From Octopus bimaculoides (lineage: Eukaryota), in the NCBI RefSeq assembly GCF_001194135.2, contig NC_068988.1:55765296-55804917 (forward strand): 39,622 bases of DNA, given 5' to 3'. The notes under the pieces are model-generated. The model searched no databases. It had not been told where the DNA came from and worked only from the letters and a program-made list of their open reading frames with translations. Position numbers and translations under genes: made by a program. Below are positions 1 to 11,006 of the stretch, one piece after another. The stretch's first letter is position 1. The number at the start of each line of letters is the position of its first letter.

Positions 1-192
1 ATAACATTAAATCTAACCAAGAAGTATCACGTCTGAATAAAGACTGGCGAACGTTTACATAAGTAATTTGTATTTATTGTAAAGAGAATCGTATATGGGA
101 GGGGTATATTACGTAACCCTTGCCACATTGTGCACTGTTAACCTCGGCTTACTGGTAACCTAATAAATGAAGTAACATTTACATTCATTTAT

Positions 193-245
<53 letters not shown>

Positions 246-564
246 GTGTATATATGCGCGCGCACATTGATTTAGCCACATACATGCATATATAAGTTTA
301 TACATGCACATAGGCTTAAAAATAACATTGTTTACAAATTCCTGCACGTATAAAAATTATGCACGTATGCGTACCCAGATGTATGCACTCATGCACACAT
401 ACTGTTCTGCACGCACGCGCGCTGCACACACATATACTCAGACATGCACATACACGCAGACAAGCACTTACAATCACAATTGTGTGTGTATATGTATGTA
501 TATATATATATTGGCGATATTTTTCATTTGTCTTCCTTTTCTTTTGGACTTTCCTCTATCACCT

Positions 565-599
565 GTTTCTGAAGAAGAGCTTTGCTCGAAACGTTGAAC
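565..599 (+). ncRNA. Minimal type-I hammerhead ribozyme motif, catalytic core intact (probable Penelope-like element pLTR remnant, ~520-670)
   Basis: gttt-CTGAAGA-a-gagc(ttt)gctc-GAAA-c-g-TT-gaac. Helix I gttt/gaac, helix II gagc/gctc, helix III is the ACGT palindrome, cleavage triplet GUU. Confidence 0.75.
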
Positions 600-1015
600 C
601 ATCTTTCCTTCTCTGAGCGTCTTATTAATATTTTGTATCTACCACTTCCTCGTGTTGCTGTTTTTTTCCTATTATATATATATATATATATNNNNNNNNN
701 NNNNNNNNNNNNNNNNNNNNNNNNNNNNNNNNNNNNNNNNNNNNNNNNNNNNNNNNNNNNNNNNNNNNNNNNNNNNNNNNNNNNNNNNNNNNNNNNNNNN
801 NNNNNNNNNNNNNNNNNNNNNNNNNNNNNNNNNNNNNNNNNNNNNNNNNNNNNNNNNNNNNNNNNNNNNNNNNNNNNNNNNNNNNNNNNNNNNNNNNNNN
901 NNNNNNNNNNNNNNNNNNNNNNNNNNNNNNNNNNNNNNNNNNNNNNNNNNNNNNNNNNNNNNNNNNNNNNNNNNNNATATATATATATATATAGATATAT
1001 ATTCATATATATATA

Positions 1016-1190
1016 AAGGCGGTGAGCTGGCAGAAACCTTAGCACGCCGGGCGAAATGCTTAGCAGTATTTCGTCTGTCTTTATGTTCTGAGTTCAAATA
1101 CCGCCGAGGTCGACTTTGCCTTTCATCGATAAATTAAGTACCAGTTGCGTACTCGGGGCGATCTAATCAAATGGCTCCCAACCCAAATAT
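1016..1190 (+). mobile_element. SINE family B (tRNA-like head ggcggcgagctggcagaa...), internal deletion in the core
   Basis: A-box-like tggcagaa..ttagc and B-box-like gagttcaaat; high similarity to the copies at 10793, 35123 and 38498. Confidence 0.9.
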
Positions 1191-2354
1191 TGGGTAGGAG
1201 GCCATTGTCTGAATAGGAACACCACTATAGCCATTTCCAAACATACAAATGTGCACACGTCAAAACGGTTAAGGAGACTTTGTGATTCCACAGCAGGAAA
1301 ATTACGATAGACACAAATATTAGAATAGTAAATTTTATTGATGTCTCTGTATGCTTTAGGAAACAAAATTTGATGTTCACGTATGCTAAAATAGGAACTT
1401 GTGACTCACCCTTAGTGTTTAAAAACTTTGTGAAAGGTACAGAGATTTTGATAGGGTAGCACTTTTCTAGAACAACGTCAGTCGGTTCAAAGATAATACC
1501 ACCTATGATCCCAGTTAGAGCACCGCTGAAGGGCGAGACGCAAGAAGGTAATTTTGCTTGTGATCCCTCTCTGACATCAACTGTAGATCTAATCTAGGAA
1601 AATCTTTTAAAATTTAATCGATAATCATTACCCCCAGAAACGCAAATCAAATACAGACTGTTGTTCAATAGATATGCAGTAAAAATACTTTATAGTTGCA
1701 CCTCTAACATTAGACAAATTATATGCATAAAACTAGCTTTTCTGATGAAATATTGATTTCAAATTTTGGCACAAAGTTAGCAGAAACGGAATAATACAAA
1801 GCTAGCAAGCTGCATCTGATACTTAAAAGTAAATGGCACTGCGTTTGACATAAGTTTGAAGCTCACAAAAAACAAAAACCCCACGAAAAATAAATTAAAC
1901 AAAAAAAAAAAGAAAAAAAACAATGCCATACATAAATTAGGCAAAGGGAAGTAGGAGCTGTCGTATAGAAAAGAGTAGAATTCAAAAATAGTTGAGAAAA
2001 TAAAGTTTCTACCACCAAGCTAATGCGGAGATATTTAGCCTTTGCATACATGAGAAAAAATTCATCCTTAGATGCTGAACACCTCCCTATGGGCCCTTTA
2101 TGATCCAAAAAGGATTTAATCTTTTCTTAAGGAACTTTGTCTTCGACAAACATTTAGCTCAACATAGCTTTTATATTTTTATATTTTTAAAGTACTTCTC
2201 TTTTCCCTTATTGGTTGTTTAAAAAAAATTCTTTTACCTAAAGTATCTTCCGTTTCCTGTGTGCATGTTTGAAGAGAGTAGGGGATGGGTTTTGGATAGC
2301 AGAAAAGGTTATTGTAGGAAAAATTCTGATCGGATATGATTATGAACAGGCTTT

Positions 2355-2413
2355 GTAGCCTGACGAAAGCCCAAAATATTTCCTATATTTTGGATTTCGA
2401 AACTAGTAGTTGC
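2355..2413 (+). ncRNA. Minimal type-I hammerhead ribozyme motif with long helix II, core intact
   Basis: gtagc-CTGACGA-aagcccaaaata(tttccta)tattttggattt-c-GAAA-ctag-TA-gttgc. Helix I 5 bp with two G-U pairs, helix II includes a perfect ccaaaata/tattttgg, helix III is the ACTAGT palindrome, triplet GUA. Confidence 0.7.
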
Positions 2414-3000
2414 TAATCAATCATAATTTCACCTCTGTAGCCATGGGTATAGGATCCTATATCGGGTCTATGTTCCTTACAGAGAAATGTGGACGAAGCA
2501 TAGAACTGATTCAACTCTTTATCACAAGTAAACAGCTGCATGCACACAAATGAAGCCGTATCACAACACACGATACACCACACACCACAACACACACATC
2601 ACACCACAAGACAAATACCACACACGAAACACGCAACACTATCATGGACAACTTCACAAACAAGAAATCACATTATACCAAAAGCACTACCCAAAAGATT
2701 CATAATGTTACGACCCAAAGTATCACAACACAAGTCACCAAAAACACCACCCAAAGGACACTCCAAACACGCAATACTACAATTTACCACGCTACACTAC
2801 GCCACATCTCTCCATGCAATAAATGCCACACACACACACAATATAGGCGTACAACACACTTGACACTTCATAACAATACGGCGGTAGAGCAGAGCGCAAC
2901 TTCCTACATTAATGCCAACGTTACCACACTTCGCACTTTGGAACATAACGACAAACTACATTTCGCCACGTCACACACGTACACACACACACGCACACAC

Positions 3001-3200
3001 ACCACCACCACCACCACCACCACCACCGTCACCACAACACCANNNNNNNNNNNNNNNNNNNNNNNNNACACCAACACCTCCACCGAACTTTTATTGACAA
3101 TCTCCTATAACAAATGATGTTGTTTGGTTGGTATGGAAAAAGACAGAAAAGCAACTGCCACTGCTACCACCACCACCACCACCACCACCATCACCGCCAC
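3001..3200. repeat. (ACC)n trinucleotide microsatellites (3001-3042, 3167-3200)
   Basis: Directly visible; these explain the poly-T/poly-P ORFs. Confidence 0.9.
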
Positions 3201-3345
3201 CACATTTTGATCTTCCTTTATCGTCCGTCTCTTCCCCATGCCCCGTCATCACGCCCTACTCCTTCGTCAATGTTAAAATGAAATATCATGTTGGTTTTTT
3301 TCGAGAAACTTCTAACGTTCCACTTGTTTAAAATGTAAAATGTGT

Positions 3346-3346
3346 A

Positions 3347-3381
<35 letters not shown>
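3346..3381. repeat. (GAAA)n microsatellite within a purine-rich tract (to ~3520)
   Basis: Directly visible. Confidence 0.95.
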
Positions 3382-3382
<1 letters not shown>

Positions 3383-4483
3383 GGAGGGCTAGAGTGAGGG
3401 TGAGGCGAAGAAATGAAGAAAAATAAAAGAAAAGGAGAGTGAGGAGAGTGAGGAGAGAAGGGCGAGGGAACGATGAGAGATATAGAGGGGAAGGGAAAGA
3501 AAGAGAGATGGCGGAGGGAAAGCCAGAGAGCAATTGTAACACTCCACTCACTAACACACACGCACAGTACGTCAATATCCTAAATAAACATGGATATACT
3601 CAGTCAGTGATGTAACTAGACTTCATTGCTTCTCAGACAAATCAATACTTGGTGCCTATAAAGCCAGTTCTTTATAATTCTAGCAAATTTCTCTTGTGGC
3701 ATAAATTTATTGTTCGGAATACTATTTGTAATATACTTTTGAAAGTTTATTTTATGACAAATAAAAAACAATATGAATTACATATAACAAAACAATCTTT
3801 TCTCAGGACAAATATTAAAATTTTTTCCAAAGAAAATACAATGCAAAGCTTAACCAAAATTTATACGAATAAGATAATTCTAATTATGAAGAAGTTATAT
3901 CTTCACGAAATTTTTTGTATTCTTTTTTTTTTTGTTTTTAGGAATAATTTTAAACTCTAATTAAGAACTGTATTTTTACTTTCGCCGATGCAAAATGCAT
4001 CAATAACGTGAGTAAAATTGTGCTATCTGACGTCGAATACTATAAAAGGCTAAAGTCGACCAGCTCTCAGATATCATTAAATCAATGTCAACTTGTGAAA
4101 AGATCGCAATGTGCTAGCAACTAGAATTGCTTTGGAAAGCATTATCTGAAAAGTTAATTTCAAATTTGGAACAACATTTTCATCCTCGTATTGAAAACCT
4201 ACTTGAGAATTTTCAAGTCTTCAGATTCTGAATGTTTAGCTGACTTTGCTAAAGTATTGCAAGATACAAGATATATTCATAAAACTCAAACCTGTCTATA
4301 TCAGCGCTTATGGTATTTTCCAAGTTTGAGCTAACATTTCTTTAACATAGCTGCATTTGTAATGCTATCTAAAATGCTGCTGAAACTACTCACTGTTTGC
4401 CCCCAGACGCACTTACTGACCGTACAATAATAATTCTGCGTATGTATGGTGGTGTATCGTGGTGCTATATTCACAAGTCAAAT

Positions 4484-4863
4484 GTTGGCACTCCATCGCT
4501 TTCGACATCGAGGGTTCCAGTTGATTCAATCAACGGAACAGCCTGGTCGTGAAATTAACGTGCAAGTGGCTGAGCACTCCACAGACACGTGTACCCTTAA
4601 CGTAGTTCTCGGGGATATTCAACGTGACACAGTGTGACAGGGCCAACCCTTTGAATTACAGGCACAACAGAAACAGGAAGTAAGAGTGAGAGAAAGTTGT
4701 GGTGAAATAGTACAGTAGGGTTCACCACCATCCCCTGCCGGGGCCTCGTGGAGCTTTAGGTGTTTTCACTCAATAAACACCCACAACGCCCGGTGTGGGA
4801 ATCGAAACCGCGATCCTATGACCGCGAGTTCGCTGCCCTAGCCACTGGGCCATTCTGTCTCCA
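4484..4863 (-). mobile_element. Full-length tRNA-derived SINE (family D)
   Basis: Minus-strand head ggagacagaatggcccagtggctagg (A box) ... ggtttcgattcc (B box); imperfect 12-bp TSD cacaagt(c/g)aaat at 4472-4483 and 4864-4875. Confidence 0.85.
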
Positions 4864-5101
4864 CACAAGTGAAATAACGAACTAATAAACTGAAATACGT
4901 ATAAACATATAAACAACGCTAGCACATAAGAACTCAAATAGTACAGATACATCAATAGACGCGTGCACACATACACACATACACTCGTTCACATCGAAAC
5001 TCAGAAAATCACATAAGCATACATAAACCAAGAACGAGTAGAGTAGGCTTTGGACTATATTGGTACGGGATCTTTTAAGCAATTTTAAGTACTCCTTTAT
5101 T

Positions 5102-5288
5102 CTTTTCTACACTAGGCACAAGGCCCGATTAAATCGATCCTAGTACGCAACTGGTACTTAATTTATCGACCCCGAAAAGATAAAAGACAAAGTCGACCAT
5201 GGTGGAATTTTGACTCAGACCGTAAGATAAACGAAATATCGCTAAGCACTTACCCGGCGTGCTAACGTTTCTGCCAGCTCGCCGCCTT
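5102..5288 (-). mobile_element. SINE family B, full length with TSD
   Basis: Reverse complement of the family B head and core; 16-bp TSD taag(t/c)actcctttatt at 5086-5101 and 5290-5305. Confidence 0.9.
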
Positions 5289-5530
5289 ATAAGCACTCCT
5301 TTATTGTTTGCTAGATTGGAGTAATTAGAAGTATGATTGTTTTTTTTTTATATATTTTAAATAGTTTGCGGTGTGTTTTTAGCAGATCTGTAGTTTAAGA
5401 TTAAATAGAATAAATACAATGTTAGTATATTCTCAGCATGTTTCAAAAATTTAAGCTAATTTGAAGCGCAGTCAATAATTTCAAACGTTTTGTTCGGTGA
5501 AGAAAACACATGCACACACATATATATATA

Positions 5531-5747
5531 TTCTCTTCTACTCTAGGCACAAAAGCCGAAATTTTTGTGGAAGGGAACCAGTCGATTAGATCGACCCCAG
5601 TACACAATTTGTACTTAATTTATCGACCCCGAAAGGATGAAAGGCAAAGTCGACCTCGGCGGAATTTGAACTCAGAATGTGAAGACAGACGAAATATGGC
5701 TAAGCATTTCGCCCGGCGTGCTAACGTTTCTGTCAGATCACCGCCTT
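5531..5747 (-). mobile_element. SINE family B, full length
   Basis: Reverse complement of the 10793-11006 copy along its whole length. Confidence 0.9.
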
Positions 5748-5973
5748 ATACACACACACGCACATATTGTATCAATAGTATACAGAAAAACATGTTTTCA
5801 ACGCTGCTAAAAACATTTACGCGTTTCGTAAATTACCGTCAGAATTACATAACTGCCGGCGGAACATTATATAATTTTGTTGAAGCACCTCTTAAGTGTT
5901 CAGCAAGATAATTGAACATAGGTTGCATGTCACACTTCACAGCGCGTATAATTTCTCTCTGTCTCTCTCTCTG

Positions 5974-6004
<31 letters not shown>

Positions 6005-6033
6005 AAATAAATAAATAAGCGCGCATGTGTGTA

Positions 6034-6080
6034 GGCTGTCTAACGTTGGCTTAGCTGGCCGAAACTTCGAAGTCACTGTC
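6034..6080 (+). ncRNA. Decayed minimal hammerhead ribozyme motif
   Basis: ggctgt-CTAACGT-t-ggc(ttagctg)gcc-GAAA-cttcgaag-TC-actgtc. Helices I and II pair, helix III is the ACTTCGAAGT palindrome, triplet GUC; two substitutions in CUGANGA. Confidence 0.5.
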
Positions 6081-7520
6081 AATAGTATTCTTGTTTTTTT
6101 TTAATGTTTGTTAGATTAATTCATGAACTTCAAAATAAAGAACATTCTATAGGATTGAACATATTTCAGTTGACAGAATCCTGTCGACTGTAATAGTAGC
6201 AGAATCACAGTAATTTTTTTTGCTCCATGGATTTTAAACTATGTTAAATCATTCTGAATGTCCTTTATTTTGAAGTTTATGAATTCATCTGACAAAAACG
6301 GTTTCTTTACAATGATGTAATGTTTTCATTAATCAATTAAAGGAATCATTAAAAACGGCCGTAGTGGATTGACACCTGTACCTCTAAAAATATATATATA
6401 TATATATACTTATTTTTAACCACTTCCTTATTATCATAAGAATATATTCCGTTTTTTCCCATGTGTTCTTGTGTCGTGTTTTTTCGCGCAAATTTGCAAT
6501 TCCAATGAAAAAAAAAAAGAAATATTTCCATTGGTATTATGTAGTAACGCAATGATAGATTTGTTTTAAATTGAAGTTAATTACTTAATTTAAGTTTATT
6601 ACCTAAATTTTATGAATATTTATTNNNNNNNNNNNNNNNNNNNNNNNNNNNNNNNNNNNNNNNNNNNNNNNNNNNNNNNNNNNNNNNNNNNNNNNNNNNN
6701 NNNNNNNNNNNNNNNNNNNNNNNNNNNNNNNNNNNNNNNNNNNNNNNNNNNNNNNNNNNNNNNNNNNNNNNNNNNNNNNNNNNNNNNNNNNNNNNNNNNN
6801 NNNNNNNNNNNNNNNNNNNNNNNNNNNNNNNNNNNNNNNNNNNNNNNNNNNNNNNNNNNNNNNNNNNNNNNNNNNNNNNNNNNNNNNNNNNNNNNNNNNN
6901 NNNNNNNNNNNNNNNNNNNNNNNNNNNNNNNNNNNNNNNNNNNNNNNNNNNNNNNNNNNNNNNNNNNNNNNNNNNNNNNNNNNNNNNNNNNNNNNNNNNN
7001 NNNNNNNNNNNNNNNNNNNNNNNNNNNNNNNNNNNNNNNNNNNNNNNNNNNNNNNNNNNNNNNNNNNNNNNNNNNNNNNNNNNNNNNNNNNNNNNNNNNN
7101 NNNNNNNNNNNNNNNNNNNNNNNNNNNNNNNNNNNNNNNNNNNNNNNNNNNNNNNNNNNNNNNNNNNNNNNNNNNNNNNNNNNNNNNNNNNNNNNNNNNN
7201 NNNNNNNNNNNNNNNNNNNNNNNNNNNNNNNNNNNNNNNNNNNNNNNNNNNNNNNNNNNNNNNNNNNNNNNNNNNNNNNNNNNNNNNNNNNNNNNNNNNN
7301 NNNNNNNNNNNNNNNNNNNNNNNNNNNNNNNNNNNNNNNNNNNNNNNNNNNNNNNNNNNNNNNNNNNNNNNNNNNNNNNNNNNNNNNNNNNNNNNNNNNN
7401 NNNNNNNNNNNNNNNNNNNNNNNNNNNNNNNNNNNNNNNNNNNNNNNNNNNNNNNNNNNNNNNNNNNNNNNNNNNNNNNNNNNNNNNNNNNNNNNNNNNN
7501 NNNNNNNNNNNNNNNNNNNN

Positions 7521-7598
7521 TTAGGGTTAGGGTTAGGTTTAGGGTTACGGTTAACAGTCTAGTTAGGGTTAGGGTTAGGGTTAGTGTTAGGGTTAGGG
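7521..7598 (+). repeat. Interstitial telomere-type (TTAGGG)n tract, degenerate, abutting an 896-N gap
   Basis: About 10 TTAGGG or variant units, directly visible. Confidence 0.85.
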
Positions 7599-7869
7599 GA
7601 TTAATACGATATACACCGTTACAGCGCTAACTGTTTTCAACTGAATAGACGTCAGTGATTAGTAGAAATTATCGAAATAAGACAATTTTTTACATGAAAT
7701 AAATTCGAATACAAAAATATTTTTCTGTTCTATAACACAAAATAGATAAGTATACGAAGTTTGAAAGTCTTTCGGTACCAAAAACACTACATAAAACATA
7801 AATGAAAACTGGCGTCCCCGTTTTAAAATAGATCCGTGTATTTCTACACAGTTTCCATTTAGCAAATTA

Positions 7870-7998
7870 ATTCACAAGGCATTGGTTGGTTAGAAGCTAT
7901 TCGAAAAGACACTGGCCTAAAGTGCCACACAGTGGCATTGAACCCGGAAACACGTGTTTGCAAAGCGAGCTTCACGACCACACAGTCACTCTTGCGCC
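7870..7998 (-). mobile_element. SINE family A, 5' portion
   Basis: Reverse complement of the ggcgcaagagtgactgtgtgg...ggttcaatgcc head plus the ttgtgaat core. Confidence 0.8.
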
Positions 7999-8440
7999 GA
8001 GGATGTATATACATATGATTTCGTATGAGACAGAGTTGAAAGGAGCGTCAGATCAACAGCCGGATTTTGGTGTTTCGTTTCTTTCCATAGTTGTAGCATT
8101 ATATTTATTTCTAGACCTCCCAATGGTTGGTAAATGTCTGAGCACAGGGACCTCTCCCTGCTTAAAGACAGCAACTATTTAAAAATGAACTGACAACTGT
8201 TTTCTTAGCGTGGGTATTAATATTAATACACGAGGGAGAATCTTCGCCAAGCTGACTTCCATTCGATACAATATTTTCTCTCTCTCTCTCTCTCTCTATC
8301 TCTCGCACTTTCTCTCGCTCTTTCTTTCATATACACACATACACACACACACACACACATGTGTGTGTGTATAATCTTATACGTATATGTATATGCGCGT
8401 GTATATGTGTGTGTGTACAAACATATACACATACATATAC

Positions 8441-8750
8441 GGGGGTCGATTAAATAAGTACCAGTTACGCACTGGGGTCGATATAATCGACTTAATCCGT
8501 TTGCCTGTCCTTGTTGTCCCTTCTGTGTGTAGCCCCTTGTGGGCAGTAAAGAAATAAGAATCGTTACCACGCAGAGTAAAATGCTTAATGGTATTTCGTC
8601 TGTTTTAACGCTCTAAGTTCAAATTCTGACAAGTTCCATTTTGCCTTTTATCTTCTCAGGGTCGATAAAATAAGTACCAGTCGAGCAATGGGGCCGATGT
8701 GTTTGATTTACCCTTCCACCGAACTTGCTGTGCTAAAATTTGAAACCAAT
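8441..8750 (+). mobile_element. Two fused family B SINEs (gamma-tail copy joined to a headless older copy at agaatcgtta)
   Basis: Core plus cttaatcc...gccccttgtggg...gaaataag tail, running directly into aatcgtta...gttcaaattc...gtcgataaaataagtacc...aaatttgaaacc. Confidence 0.8.
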
Positions 8751-8755
8751 ATATT

Positions 8756-9125
8756 GGCGTAAGCGTGGCTGTGTGGTAAGAAGCTTGCTTCCCAGCAAAA
8801 TGGTTCCAGGTTCAGTCCCACTGCGTGACACCTTGGGCAAGTATCTTTTACTATAGCTTCGGGCCTACTAAAGCCTAATGTTTGGGTTTGGTAGACGGAA
8901 ACTGAAAGAAGCCGCTCGTATGAATATATACGTATATATATCTATGTGTGTATTTGTCTATGTGCCTGTATTTGCCCCCCCCCCCCACACACACGCACAC
9001 AACCGCTTGACAACAGATGTTGGTGTATTTGCGTCCCCATAACTTAGCGGTTCAGCAAAAAAATCTTCAAGGTGGTGCCTCTGCGTGGCCGCAGTCTAAT
9101 GACTGAGAGAAGTAAAAGGTAGAAG
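8756..9125 (+). mobile_element. SINE family A, near full length with internal (TA/TG)n module
   Basis: Head ggcgtaagcgtggctgtgtggtaag...ggttcagtccc, core caccttgggcaagt, tail gactgagagaagtaaaagg; matches the 15174 and 26204 copies. Confidence 0.9.
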
Positions 9126-9184
9126 ACAAAAAATAGGGCTTATACATAATCTATGGACATTATACCTATTCTAGTCGTTATTGC

Positions 9185-9392
9185 TGTCAATCCTGGTCAG
9201 TCCTGGTCAATCCTGGTCAGTCTTCATCGAGCAAGCTTATGATCAAAGACATTCCATTTGTGACCATATCGTCGTTTTCCTTATGTGCATAGAACACAGA
9301 ATCACGGTATCCACCGTATTCTTTTATAAGACTGTAAGGTTTGATCTGATGGAAATTCGGTTGCTAATTCTACCAAGTCGAGTAACCGCGTA
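9185..9392 (-). mobile_element. Interspersed repeat family C (SINE-like), ending in a 10-bp tandem repeat
   Basis: Similar segments at 11650-11705 (-), 12060-12250 (+), 14370-14420 (+) and 23405-23500 (+). Confidence 0.6.
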
Positions 9393-9705
9393 GTGGTGGA
9401 GGAGGTGGAGGTGATGTTACTGAGGACAATGGCCACAACGGCTGACATGGTCTGGGGTATAATTTGGTGATTTTAGTTAATTTTTCGTTTGGTTTATTTA
9501 TATGCTTCTATGTCCAATCTAAGCATGACATTATACGTTTGAACAATTTGTTTAGAGTGGGCTGGACATACGTGTAAGTAAGTGCTGTTTGTAACATTTA
9601 ATCTGGCGTTGATAATTACAAATACGTCTGATCCTAGTTGCCCACATAACGGAGACACCTTTCCTTTCTTCCATCTTTTGTCACTTTCTGTTTCTATCTG
9701 TATAA

Positions 9706-9785
9706 CTGTCTGTCTGTCTCTGTCTGTCTGTCTGCCTGTCTATCTGTCTGTCTCCCTCTCTCTCTGTCTCTGTCTCTCTCTTTCT
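9706..9785. repeat. (TCTG)n/(TC)n compound microsatellite
   Basis: Directly visible. Confidence 0.9.
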
Positions 9786-10472
9786 CACCTCCTCTATATT
9801 TGCCAATGATTTCTTCCATCTCCACTAACAAAGCCCAGAATACAGAAAAAAAAACAAAAAAAAAACAGGGGTGGAAGTGACAAGACAAAGAAGGTGTTAA
9901 TAAACATCTGCCAGCGAGCGTGATAAGAGATTGAAAGTAACAAAAAAGAGAAGAAAAGAAGAAAAAAAGGAAATCCAGTGACCCAATGACCAATGCAAAA
10001 TAAATTACTGACCACTCCTGCGCACTTCACACAAAGTACAACTGACCAGAAAGAAGATTAATCAAAGAACTCTTTGATGAAGCAAAATGGGCGGGGAAAA
10101 TATTAAGGCCGGGAGAGGAAACGACGAAAGAAAAGGGTGAAGAAAAGAAAGAGAGGTAATTGGCCAGCTAAGCTTGTGGCTTAATCCCGGCATGAGTAAA
10201 TGAGGGTGGGTGGGTGAAGAAAAGGGGTTAGGGCGTTAGGGGTCTTGTTGGTGGTCGTGTTGGCTTTGGTATTGTTATTGCTCTTCAGGTGTCCCCATCT
10301 GCCAGTGACCAAGCACGAGTCTGGCACGCGCTCACCCGAGACACAAAAAAACAAACTTCTACTCCGTTCTCTTCTTACCACCCACGCATTCATTCCGAAA
10401 CCCCGTTCCACCAGACACCCCTTTAAATACTTATTTGTAGGTTCAGTGAAACGAGTCTAAAGCGTGTTTCAG

Positions 10473-10611
10473 TCTTTTACCTTTTATCTTTTACCTTTTT
10501 TCAGTCATTGGATGGTGTCCATGCTGGGGTACCACTTTGAAGAGTAATAAGCACTTCGGTCGATCTGTCCGACTAAACTTTAGTCGAAAAAAATCGACCG
10601 AAGTGCCTATT
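10473..10611 (-). mobile_element. SINE family A 3' fragment with internal inverted duplication
   Basis: Tail ttttac...tttcagtcatt followed by the gcacttcggtcgat/atcgaccgaagtgc inverted repeat. Confidence 0.75.
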
Positions 10612-10792
10612 TAAAAGTCCTGTACTTGTGTGTGTGTGTATGTGTATAAATGTGTGTGTGTGTGTGTATAAATGTGTGTGTATGTGTGTATACTTATATA
10701 TATATACATATATAATACCCCATCACTTGCAATCTAATATAACTTTAGGTCCTTATAATATAGTCGTGAGATGATAATATAGTATCATCACC

Positions 10793-11006
10793 AAGGCGGC
10801 GAGCTAGCGGAAACGTTAGCACGCCGGGCGAAATGCTTAGCGGTATTTCGTCTGCCGTTATGTTCTGAGTTCAAGTTCCGCCGAGGTCGACTTTGCCTTT
10901 CATTCTTTCGGGGTCGATAAATTAAGTATCAGTTACAAACTGGGGTCGATGTAATCGACTGGCCACCTCCCCCAAAATTTCGGGCCATGTGCCTAGAGTA
11001 GAAAAG
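10793..11006 (+). mobile_element. SINE family B, full length, young
   Basis: Near-consensus sequence; perfect 14-bp TSD aatatagtatcatc at 10776-10789 and 11007-11020. Confidence 0.95.

Noticed and set aside
1360-1440. Possible exon between ctttag and gtacag
   Set aside because: Only one open frame, no recognisable peptide and no partner exons.
1741-1790. Hammerhead candidate ctgatga...tcaaa
   Set aside because: G12 is missing, there is no helix III or I, and the downstream part is a family B beta tail.
4130-4420. hAT transposase fragment
   Set aside because: Only vague similarity in short peptides between stops; no diagnostic motif.
4790-4863. tRNA gene (also heads at 1018, 10795, 25779, 26640)
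   Set aside because: A and B boxes are present, but there is no complete cloverleaf or T-run terminator, and each continues into a SINE body.
7521-7598. True chromosome end
   Set aside because: Orientation is wrong for a left end, the units are degenerate, and scaffold continues on both sides.
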